Positions 1-9,900 of a stretch of 64,000 nt of DNA are shown piece by piece. Numbering within the stretch: position 1 is the first letter of the stretch; each line of letters opens with the position of its first letter. Made by a program: the position numbers and the translations under genes. Below the pieces are notes generated by a model that was not told the origin of the DNA, ran no database searches, and saw nothing but the letters and a program-made list of their open reading frames with translations. Location of the stretch: positions 4,244 through 68,243 of the forward strand of contig CAYGTP010000002.1 in the NCBI GenBank assembly GCA_964352875.1, in the 5' to 3' direction. The stretch comes from an uncultured Candidatus Saccharibacteria bacterium (GTDB taxonomy: Bacteria > Patescibacteriota > Minisyncoccia > Phycocordibacterales > UBA918).

Positions 1-2
1 GT

Positions 3-146
3 ACCTTACAAGACTCACGCAAAACCAAGCGTCTTACTGCTGCGGAGACGGCATTGATAGATCAGGTTGCAAATGCGCTTTCAGAATCTGAAAAGCGAGT
101 AGAGAAAGAAATCGCTGATGTGTCAGCCTTAGTCAATAATAAATAA
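3..146 (+). CDS. C-terminal fragment of hypothetical protein (helical, ends ...ADVSALVNNK*)
   Basis: Open frame 3 from window edge to TAA at 144-146; next gene starts 7 nt later. Confidence 0.35.
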   Translation, partial: TLQDSRKTKRLTAAETALIDQVANALSESEKRVEKEIADVSALVNNK

Positions 147-153
147 ATTCCGT

Positions 154-819
154 ATGTCTTCAAATTCACCACTTACCACCATTATTTTTGTCCTTATCGG
201 GATTGGGGTTAGTGCATTTGCTACCTATACTTACCTCCAAAAGGAATTAGATACGAGAACCGCTACCGTATATGATCGAGTCATCGAAGCTGAACAAACA
301 CTTATAACTCTCGCCAACGAAGTGGATCGTGGTGTTCCTAACCAAGCAGTTCGCGGTGTCGTAAGTGATTGCCGCGGGGATAGACGTAATCGCTTCGATA
401 GTTTATTAGGGCAGTTGGATAATTTGGCTGGAGCTGATCTCGTTGAGTTGCAAAATTTATTTAGTCAATGTGGTCATTATTTTTCAACTGAAAAATCTGT
501 TTTGGCACTGCAATTAAATCGTGAAGTACAAGTGTATATTGACACGGTAACCCTATGGGGAGATTTGACCGGTGAAGCACTTGAGCGATATCAGCTGGAT
601 AAATGGCAGTCACTGGCTGCTGCCGAGTCAAAGCAGAGTATGGCCTATACTTCACTGGTCCGACTGCAGGGTCAAATTATTGACGCTCGGGTGTCTGGTT
701 CCGTGCGAGGTTCAGATGAGATCAATGCCTTGCTAGCAGAAGTCAGTGAAGTACAAGACACAATTGCCGTCCAAGGTATTCAAATCAAACAACAACGAGA
801 AGCCTTATTTGATGTATGA
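154..819 (+). CDS. hypothetical membrane-anchored protein (N-terminal TM helix, helical/coiled C-terminal domain)
   Basis: 221-aa ORF with hydrophobic N-terminal segment IIFVLIGIGVSAFATYTYL; ATGA overlap with next gene indicates operon. Confidence 0.5.
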   Translation: MSSNSPLTTIIFVLIGIGVSAFATYTYLQKELDTRTATVYDRVIEAEQTLITLANEVDRGVPNQAVRGVVSDCRGDRRNRFDSLLGQLDNLAGADLVELQNLFSQCGHYFSTEKSVLALQLNREVQVYIDTVTLWGDLTGEALERYQLDKWQSLAAAESKQSMAYTSLVRLQGQIIDARVSGSVRGSDEINALLAEVSEVQDTIAVQGIQIKQQREALFDV

Positions 820-1592
820 GATTTATCCAGTGGCTAGCGTATCAACTCTGTACCACCTGCAAACCAAATCGCAGTCGGACAGTGCGGTATGCCTATCCAT
901 TGATTTTTGCTACGGCTGCGGTCTTAGGAGCTGCGGTAATTACCTCGCAAGACGTGTCTTATGTCCGTATTGAATCGAGCCGCAGTCAAGTGATGGCAGG
1001 GGAACGCTTTGTGGTCAGTGTATATGCTTATGCTAAAGAAGCAGTGAACGCCGTTGATATAGCTCTCGCGTACCCAGATGATCGAATTGAAGTAACTGGG
1101 ATTGATACTGGTGAATCAGTGATTACACTCTGGACTCAAGAACCCTATGTTGCTGATGGCGAAATAATTATGCGAGGCGGGACCTTTCGTCGTGGCTTTA
1201 TCGGCGAACATTTGATTGCTCAAATCAACATGCGCGCTATCAATACTGGAGTAGCAGCATTTTCAACGGCTGGAATTCAATTTTTGAAGGGTGACGGAAG
1301 TGGCGATTTTGCTGAAACTGATATTACAGATGATGGACAACTTAATCTCTATATTGTTGGTGAAGGACAGACAGCAGCTGATTTGGCTGATGTTCCAAGT
1401 GATACGCTCAGGGTTACTGCCGAACTCGTGGTTGTGACCGACGTTGATGGTGATGGGCAAGTCACCTTGGCTGATATAAGTGCCTTTATGGCTGCGTGGG
1501 CAACTGGGGATCGAGTGTTTGACTTTAACGGTGATGGTCGGATGACATTTAGAGATTTCGGTATCATCCTCGCCGACTCATTCTTCAAATGA
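816..1592 (+). CDS. cohesin-like plus dockerin-like domain protein (non-cellulosomal)
   Basis: Central segment VNAVDIALAYPDDRIEVTGIDTGESVITLW resembles the cohesin beta-sandwich. The C-terminus carries two Ca-binding dockerin-like loops, DVDGDGQVTLADISAFMAAW and DFNGDGRMTFRDFGII. Confidence 0.5.
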   Translation: MRFIQWLAYQLCTTCKPNRSRTVRYAYPLIFATAAVLGAAVITSQDVSYVRIESSRSQVMAGERFVVSVYAYAKEAVNAVDIALAYPDDRIEVTGIDTGESVITLWTQEPYVADGEIIMRGGTFRRGFIGEHLIAQINMRAINTGVAAFSTAGIQFLKGDGSGDFAETDITDDGQLNLYIVGEGQTAADLADVPSDTLRVTAELVVVTDVDGDGQVTLADISAFMAAWATGDRVFDFNGDGRMTFRDFGIILADSFFK

Positions 1593-1611
1593 ACAAAGGA
1601 GTGAAACGACT

Positions 1612-1788
1612 ATGTGTGAATTTGGTTCCGTTAGCTGGCTATTCTTAATGCCAGCGAGGAACGGGTCGAATGCTTGTGGTAGTAAAACTGTTACTAGAAA
1701 TAAAGAGCAAAGCGATTATAGAAATAGAGGTGCCAGCGGTGCAGTTTTCGACGAAGTGAACAAAGAAGCGTTCGCACCCCATTTTTAA
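1612..1788 (+). CDS. small ORF (58 aa, Cys-containing) with strong SD (AGGAG 10 nt upstream)
   Basis: ATG at 1612 preceded by AAGGAG at 1596-1601; not in ORF track because shorter than 60 aa; overlaps a CCGTT...AACGG hairpin. Confidence 0.2.
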   Translation: MCEFGSVSWLFLMPARNGSNACGSKTVTRNKEQSDYRNRGASGAVFDEVNKEAFAPHF

Positions 1789-1865
1789 AGAGTGAAGCGA
1801 CTATAAAAATGGAAGTACTCTTGGGGTGACTATGGCGAACTTATGTCGAAAACTGCCGACTGCAG

Positions 1866-1903
1866 AAATAACACAATTAATTTCGAAATTAATTGTGTTA
1901 TTT
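1866..1903. promoter_or_regulatory. 38-bp perfect palindrome AAATAACACAATTAATTTCGAAATTAATTGTGTTATTT (copy 1 of a two-member family)
   Basis: Exact reverse-complement symmetry checked base by base; intergenic, 140 nt upstream of the gene at 2044. Confidence 0.8.
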
Positions 1904-2043
1904 TGCTGTTAATACCACATATCCTACGATTAATCATAGGATTCGTGGTGTTGACAGCCGGCAGTGCCCTTGTTCGGCACCTGCTATTATAGTATTGATG
2001 GGAACGATGTAAGAAATTGTCGTGATTTGGCTGCACCAAAACC

Positions 2044-3912
2044 ATGACGCAAAGCTTTAATACTCCCAAAACCAGCATACAGAGCGTTATGCTCTATCAG
2101 ATTGTCTATCGCAGCCGTTTCGTATGGTACGCAGTTTTCTTATTGATTGTCGTTTTTTTAGTGCAACCAATTGAACAAGCGGTCGCTGCTGAAGTGGGTG
2201 AAGAGGAACCAGCCGAAGAAGCACCTGCTGTTGCAAATGAGCCTGATGTAGTATCCACGCAGGCACCTGAAGCGGTAGAGGAAGAGATAGTAGATGAAAT
2301 AGAGGTAGACGATGAAATAGAAGTCGTTGAGGATGACACTTCTACAGAAACAATTGATACACCAAACCAAAACACTGCTATCACTGATGTAGTGCCTGAA
2401 CCTAATGCAGCTGATTCAGTTGAGGAGTCCGAGTATCCAGCTGACAATAGCGAAGATACACAACCGAAGGCTACCGGTACTGTCGTTACGACTGTAGAAG
2501 GAGATAGTAGTACTGAATCAACGGAGTCTGACAGTGGCGAATCAATTTCTACTGTAGCAATTGATGCAGCTAGCACCAGCGCTACCACAGCCCTGAGTAC
2601 AACAACAACCAATACTGGCGATAGTACTGTGGGTGGTGGTGAAACAGCTAACTCAGAAGTGGAGTCAACGACTGCAACTAGTACTGCAGCAACCACAACT
2701 GTTGAAACTACCTCAGTAACTGATGAGGGTGAAACCCAGAATGTAGATGAGGTGGTAGAAGTTGTCAGCTCTGATGCAACTGACAATGCAACTACTACCG
2801 TACTAAATGAACTTCCAGACATCGAAGACACAATAGCTACTACTACGGTAATACAACCGCCAGTTGTGGTTGACTCATATGTGGGTGAGTTTGAGTTTAA
2901 TGCTAATCAATGTTTTGAAGTCGGAGACGGTACATTTTATTGTAGTAAAGACACAAGTAAGACAGTCGAAACAGTAATCGAAGACGATCTATTTGCCGCA
3001 CCAGACGCTGACGGTGATTTAGAAATCTATCTCACCATCAATGGTGAAACCCAAAAAATCACTGATAATCAGTTAGACGATTCGGCCCCGCAGTTTGATA
3101 GTCAGTCAAATACTATGGTATGGCACCGACTGGTGAACGATCGGTATCAAATTATTCAATACAATTACGCCACGCAAGAAGAAACTCAATTAACTGACGG
3201 TCGTTTTAATAACATGGAACCGAGTGTGTACGGGGATTATATTGCTTGGCAAACCTGGGATGGACAAGATTGGGAGATTGCGCTCTATGACGGGGAGTTA
3301 AAAGAAATGATCACCAACAACAATGTGCCTGATATTGGTCCGATGATCAACGACGGTTACGTCATTTGGAATGCGGTCGGGGCTGCAGGACAAAAACAAG
3401 TCCTACTATATGATTTGGCCACTGAGCAGACCGAAGTGATTGATGATGCTGATGGGGGAGCTGTCAGTAACCCACGGTTCATTTTGGTATACGATGCGGA
3501 GTACGACAATGGCGATGTGGTAACGAGAGGTTACGACCCAGACACTGGCCGAGTTGAGCCACTGTCAGCGATCCCAGGGCAGTTACCAAAAGAACTCCCG
3601 CCCGTTGATCAGACCGGAGAAACTAGGGCCTTGATTGCCAACAAAGGTAGTTCTGGTCGTGAAGATTCTCTTGACTTGGGTGACTTTGACATCGAAACTG
3701 AACCAGAACCAACGGCCAGTACTACTGTTGCGGCCGTGGTTGCTACTTCGACGCAAGTAGTGCAGCCACCGACTGAATTAATTATTGAGAAAATTGATTT
3801 TTCTACTACCACAGAAACGATTGCGAGCAGTACACCAATCGACCCAGCTGAAATAATCGAAGACTTAATTATCCCACCTCTCCAAGGCACAACTTCAGAC
3901 GAAGCGCGGTAG
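2044..3912 (+). CDS. membrane-anchored acidic (D/E/T/S-rich) surface protein with beta-propeller-like repeats
   Basis: N-terminal TM YAVFLLIVVFLVQPI; long E/D/T/S low-complexity tract; then repeats of the TolB/PD40 flavour (YGDYIAWQTWDGQDWEIALYDGE, GYVIWNAVGAAGQKQVLLYDLAT); S/T-rich C-terminus. Confidence 0.6.
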   Translation: MTQSFNTPKTSIQSVMLYQIVYRSRFVWYAVFLLIVVFLVQPIEQAVAAEVGEEEPAEEAPAVANEPDVVSTQAPEAVEEEIVDEIEVDDEIEVVEDDTSTETIDTPNQNTAITDVVPEPNAADSVEESEYPADNSEDTQPKATGTVVTTVEGDSSTESTESDSGESISTVAIDAASTSATTALSTTTTNTGDSTVGGGETANSEVESTTATSTAATTTVETTSVTDEGETQNVDEVVEVVSSDATDNATTTVLNELPDIEDTIATTTVIQPPVVVDSYVGEFEFNANQCFEVGDGTFYCSKDTSKTVETVIEDDLFAAPDADGDLEIYLTINGETQKITDNQLDDSAPQFDSQSNTMVWHRLVNDRYQIIQYNYATQEETQLTDGRFNNMEPSVYGDYIAWQTWDGQDWEIALYDGELKEMITNNNVPDIGPMINDGYVIWNAVGAAGQKQVLLYDLATEQTEVIDDADGGAVSNPRFILVYDAEYDNGDVVTRGYDPDTGRVEPLSAIPGQLPKELPPVDQTGETRALIANKGSSGREDSLDLGDFDIETEPEPTASTTVAAVVATSTQVVQPPTELIIEKIDFSTTTETIASSTPIDPAEIIEDLIIPPLQGTTSDEAR

Positions 3913-3932
3913 AATATACCCACAATTCAAGC

Positions 3933-6900
3933 ATGAGTACATGGTTTAAACATAACCGGCTTTTTAACTGTGGTCAAAAGCTTATCACAGGCTTTTTACT
4001 TTGTTTGCTACTATTTTCAGATGTTGTACCGCTCTTATTGTATGGTCCACTGAGCTATAACAAAATTGAGGCGGCCGAAGCACAAATCGATGACTTGGCT
4101 AGTGGCGCCCAAGCTGAACATATTCAAGCTGGTGCCAATACTGTATTTATAGATGACCAGACGGGGTATAAATTTTATGTTGAATCAAATGGTCGGTGCT
4201 TTTATAAAAAAACTACTAATGGTGGAGCTTCGTGGGGGAGTCAAACACAGTTTGATGATGATCCCAATTGTACGAGTCCGGTAGTGTGGTATGACCGATG
4301 GACGCCAGGTGACACTGGCAATTATATCCATATAACAACGCTAGCGATCGGAACTGGTGCTGAAAATATTAATTATAATCGTTTAGATACCGCAGATAAT
4401 GACGCGTTGTTGATGGGTAGCTCGCCAGTAAATATTTCTTCCACAACTATTACAACATTGAGTTTAGGAGCAGGCAACAAACAGGCGATGACTAAAGGGA
4501 CCGATGGTACGATCTACGCTGCCATTAATGACAACGGCGGGTCCCCGGTAGTTGAGTGTTCAGCTGATTGTCAGCTAGAGGGTAGTTGGAGTGCAACGGG
4601 AGTTTCACCAATGGATCTTTCGAATGACTTTTTATTACTGCAGCCAATGCTGGGGGATAATATCATGTTGATTGTTCGCGATGTGTCTGCTGAGGATATA
4701 GAGTATCAGATTTGGAATAACGCTATTTGGGGTGGAGCTTGGAATACCATTGATGCTAATGCATTTGATAACACTACCTATGACGTTGGTATGTCTGCAG
4801 TTACCCATCCTGAAACCGGTGACATCTATCTTGCCTATGTTACAGACCATCAAACCTTAGGGACCGATGATGATATACGCACAGCAAAATACACAGAAAG
4901 TTCTGGTCTATGGACCAATACGGCAGATGTCGTCACTGACGACAGTAAAGGGCTCCTCAGTGTTGCCTTAGCGCTTGATGCTAATACAAGTGATGTGTAT
5001 GTAGCGTATGCAGCTCGCACCACACCAGGTACCGCTAATAGCGCTAATGTGTATTGGGCAAGCTCGACGGCGGCAATGAGTAGTTGGAGCGGGGAGCAAG
5101 GACCGGTTAATAGTGGGAGCGATAATAACTACGGCCTTTCGTTAAATCATTATTCAGACGAGCGAATCCACGCGTCATGGTACGATGACGCTTCGCGTGA
5201 TGTGTTGAGTGACACTATTGCAGATATCACGCCAGTTACTGTCGTTACAGCAACCGGCACACAACGTGCGACGGTACGGGCCAGTACATCAGCAACTTAC
5301 ATTGGTGGGGCGTTTGTCATTAAAGAGAATGTCACAACGAGAAATGTAACTAGTATTACAATCACTGAGCAAGGTACAATAGACGGAGCAACTGCAATTG
5401 GAAATATTGCGCTCTTCTATGATATTTCGACCACTTCCCCGTACAATTGCAGTGAAGACTCATACCAAGGCAATGAGCCACAATTTGACGTCACTGATAC
5501 GAATGGATTTTCAGGTGCTAATGGAATCGCCAGCTTTTCTGATCTTGTGGCTATTTCACCTACTGACACGCTGTGCGTCTATCCAGTGGTAGAGGTTTTA
5601 AAATCTGCCAATGACGGCGATACTATCGATATTACTATTACGAACCCAGCCACTGACGTGTTGGTTGGTGGAAGTGTGACAGCAGTACCGTCGAGTGTGA
5701 TTTCTATTACTGGCAGTACCACTGTGCGTGATGATGTGCTGACGCAGACCCACTATCATTGGCGACAAGATACGGGTAGTGAAGCGCTCTCACCGTCCGC
5801 AACCGGTGGTATAGAAGATACCCCAATTAGTGCTTTGCAGACCGAAGTACCTCGACGACTCCGCATTGGGCTGTCAAACGATGGTTCGACCACAACGTTT
5901 CCGACTACATTTCGGCTTGAGTATGGCGTAGCGGCACCAACCTGCAATGATGTCGGGACGTGGATTGATGTTGCGGAGGCGGATGATGATTGGAATATGT
6001 TTGATTCTAGTAATCTTACCAACGGAGCTGATACCACAGACGTGGCAGTTGGGCTCGGAGGGGTATCGCCAGAAAATAACTTCTTCCTTACACCCAATGG
6101 TGGCGTCCGCGATACCGAATCTGAGACCGGCAGTATGCAAGTAGATTTTGATGAATACACTGCCCTTGAGTATTCGATTGTCGCTTCAACTACGGCCACG
6201 GAAGGAAATACGTATTGCTTTCGTGTGTCGGATCAGGGTCAACCAATTGAACAGTACGATGTGTTGCCACAAGTGACTATTTCAGCAGATGTGCGGGTTC
6301 GAGCCACTGGTACCCAGGCAGTCTCAGCTGATATCCCAACTGATAATCTCTATATCGGAGGTGCTTTTACCATTACCGAAAATGTTTCCAGTCGTGATGT
6401 TACAAGCGTCACATTGACTGAAGTTGGCACGGTTGACGGTGCTGCTGGTGTGACTGACATTCGATTATATTATGATCTTGATACGACGTTCCCATATAAC
6501 TGTGCGAGCGAATCATTTACTGGAAATGAATTGCAGTATGGAGCAACCTCGACAGCGTTCTCGAGTGCCAACGGATCAACTACGTTTACTGCCACAGTGG
6601 GGATTAGTACTACCAGTACACTCTGTCTCTATCCAGTACTCGATATCACACCAGATGCTACCGATGGGGAGACGGTGGATGTGATTCTCAGTTCTGGTTC
6701 TGGTGATGTTGTAGTGTCTGGCGGGGGGTCGGTAGCACCAACGACACCAATCGACATAACTGGCTCCACGACCCTCAATGGCGCGATTGTGACGCAGACA
6801 CACTACCACTGGCGAAATGATTCAGGGAGTGAAACTGGTGCCAGTTCAGCAACTGGCGGTATCGAAGATACGCCACTGACAGATTTCGATTTAGGAGCTG

Positions 6901-9900
6901 AAATCCGTCTCCGTGTTGGTGTATCAAACGAAGGAGCAACCACGTCGATTCCAAAACGTTACGGCCTGGAATATGGTATTAAGCTCGATGAATGTTCTGA
7001 TGTTACCGTGTGGATTGACGTTGCTGATACAGCTGACGCCTGGGACATGTTTGACTCTTCAAATCTTACTAATGGAGAAACGACCACTGATATTAGTACG
7101 ACCACGGGTGGGGTGAGTGATGAAAACGCTGTCTTCTTAGGCAGTAATGGTGGGGTAGTTGATACGGAATCTTTTACAGCTACTACTACTCTTAGGAATA
7201 ATGAATATACTGATTTTGAATACAGCATCACGTCGACAGCCGACACGCTGTATGACAGTACCTATTGTTTCCGTGTGACGCAAAACGGTGTGAGTCTACT
7301 AGCCTATAACACGTATCCTGAAATCACTATGACTCCCAAACGAGACTTCAGAATCCAACGCGGTCAAGTTGTATTAACTGGCACATCAACCACATTACTA
7401 GCAGGGGTTGATTACGTTGCTCCGAGTGCCTCAACTAGCGCGTTTGTCCGGATTACCAACGCACACCATACCGGGGCTGGTCGTAATGATTTGGGTGGTA
7501 ACCAAAACGCCAGAGACTATAGTTCGTATATTGAAAATCCAGAAAATCTAGAAACTAGCATTACCTTTACTCGTAGCCAAGTTAACCCAATCCAAAATAC
7601 TTTTATTTCTTGGGAGCTAGTTGAGTTTGTGGGTGATCCTGGGACAGATAACGAAATGATTGTGCGCGACCATGGCACCATCAATTACAGTGCGTCAGAA
7701 TTAGTAGCCACTGGTACTGCGCTCGGTACAGTTGATACCGATGGTGACGTAGTGGTATTTATTACCGCCCAATCGCATCCAGGAAATACTAGAGCAGAAG
7801 GATATGCTCATCAGTCAACCAGCGAGTGGAATAGTGCCACCGGTGAACCGGTGTTCAGGCGGAGTGCAACTGGTGGCAATGAAGGATTTGTCAGTTATGC
7901 CGTAGTTGAATTCACTGGTATCAACTGGAAAGTGCAGCGAGTTGAACATGATTACGCAGGCACAACTCCAGGTGAGCCAGATTTGGTTCCGATTACTCCA
8001 GTCAATAGTCTTAATCGAACGTTCTTACATACACAGAAGCGGGTTGATGGGAATGGGTTGATGACGGACTTTGGGCACTTGGTGTGGGTGTCGAGTATGG
8101 GGGCGCTGTCGTTCCAGCTAGAAGCTAGTGCTGCAACCACCACAGTCAATCATGTCTCGGTGGCATGGGTAATTGAAAATACGCAAACCAGTGACGGGGC
8201 GATGACAGTGCAACGTGAAGGGAGTACCTTCACTGGAGGTGCTGACGTGCAGACTCGTGCTATTGGTATCTTGACTGAACTTGAAGCTACCAACAATGCG
8301 TCAATTTTTGCAGTTACCAGTCATAGTCAAACAGTAAATAACATGCCACGAGGTTTGGCGAGCTTTTACATTGCTTCAACTACAGCCTATGAAATTTACC
8401 GTGCTGAATCAGCTGGTATTTTATCGTACTGGACCGAGGTTGTGTCATGGCCAGTAGCAAACATATCGGTGCGACAAAATTATTATAATTTCTACGTCGA
8501 AGATGGTCAGCTTGATCCACAAGACCAGTGGCCAGTAGGGCCAAGCAGTGTTGGGGAAAACGCTCCTATCACTGCTTTAGATGAACCTCTCGGAGAAGGT
8601 GAGCGCATTCGTATTAGAATGAGTACTCGGATTGGTAACGCTAACTTACCAGCGGGATTGTTGTCAGTTAAGCTCCAATATGGTGTACGAACAGCAACTT
8701 GCTCGGCAGTGGGCGACTGGTTCGACGTCGGTCAATTTGCCAGCAGTACGATATGGCGCGGGTATGACGTCGCAGCATTAACTGATGGCGTGGCACTTTC
8801 AACCGAACCCCCCGGAATCGGAGATTTGAATCTTTCAGTGTCTGACGTGTCTGGTAGTTACATTGAAGCGAATCCTTCGGTAGCTAACCCGTTTGATGTG
8901 CAAGATGGAGAAGACGTGGAGTTTGATTGGGTAATCGAGCATAATGGAGCAAATAGTAGTACATTTTATTGTTTCCGCATGGTAAATAGCGACGGTACAC
9001 CACTGGATGGCTACTTTAATTACCCAGAATTACGTACCGCTGGATTTACGCCCGTTGGCGGTGATTGGCGTTGGTACGATGATGCTGAAAATATCACACC
9101 AAGTTTAGCGTTGGCAGCAGAGAATGTAGCTCCAACTGATATCGCAAATTCCAATACTATCGTGTTGCGTACGGTCGTTGACGAGCTAAAAGTCGTCCAA
9201 GGCAATAACGTTAAATTTAAGCTGCAATTTTCGCAATCACCAAACTTCTTAACCGCAAGTGATGTAGTTGCGAGTAGTACGTGCCAGGCTGATTCATTGT
9301 GGTGTTATGCCGACGGAGGTGCGAATGATAATACTGTCTTGGCCAGTTCCACGTTAGGTCAGGCGGACAGTTGTTTTGGTGGTGTGGGTAATGGCTGCGG
9401 TAGCTACAATGAATCTGGGACATTAGTTGCAGGCTTGACCCATGCTGCAGGCGCAGCAGCTGAATACGCCTTTGTTTTGCAGCACGCTGGTGCACGCGCG
9501 AATGGGGTATATTATTTCCGTCTGTATGACGTAACAAATGACGCTCCATTAATTGCATCCAGTACCTACCCATCGCTAGTGACCGAAGGAGCGCAACTGG
9601 TATTTGGGGTGGCCGGGTTGCCAAGCGCAACAACTACTGAAGGTGTTGTTACTGATGTAGCAAGTACCCCTGATGCTATTAATTTTGGCACCTTAGGACT
9701 TAATATGGCAATCGAAGCAGCTCATCGACTTTCAGTTGATACTAATGCCACCGAAGGGTATCAGGTATTTGTCTTTGCTACCCAAGACCTGATCAATAGT
9801 TACGGTACCGCTATTGATCCCATCATCAGCACCAACGAAGTGCCAGCGGGCTGGTCCAGCGCCTGTCCCGTTGAGGCTACTGGTTGCTTTGGCTACCATG

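Noticed and set aside
2106-2831. 241-aa minus-strand ORF inside the acidic surface gene
   Set aside because: Antisense to a low-complexity GAA/GAT-rich coding region; composition-driven artefact (poly S/T/V translation).
5756-9633. Several 60-150 aa minus-strand ORFs inside the giant gene (5756-6199, 5874-6140, 6576-6809, 6959-7246, 9217-9633)
   Set aside because: All antisense to a well-supported 6.2-kb coding frame; no RBS or motif support.
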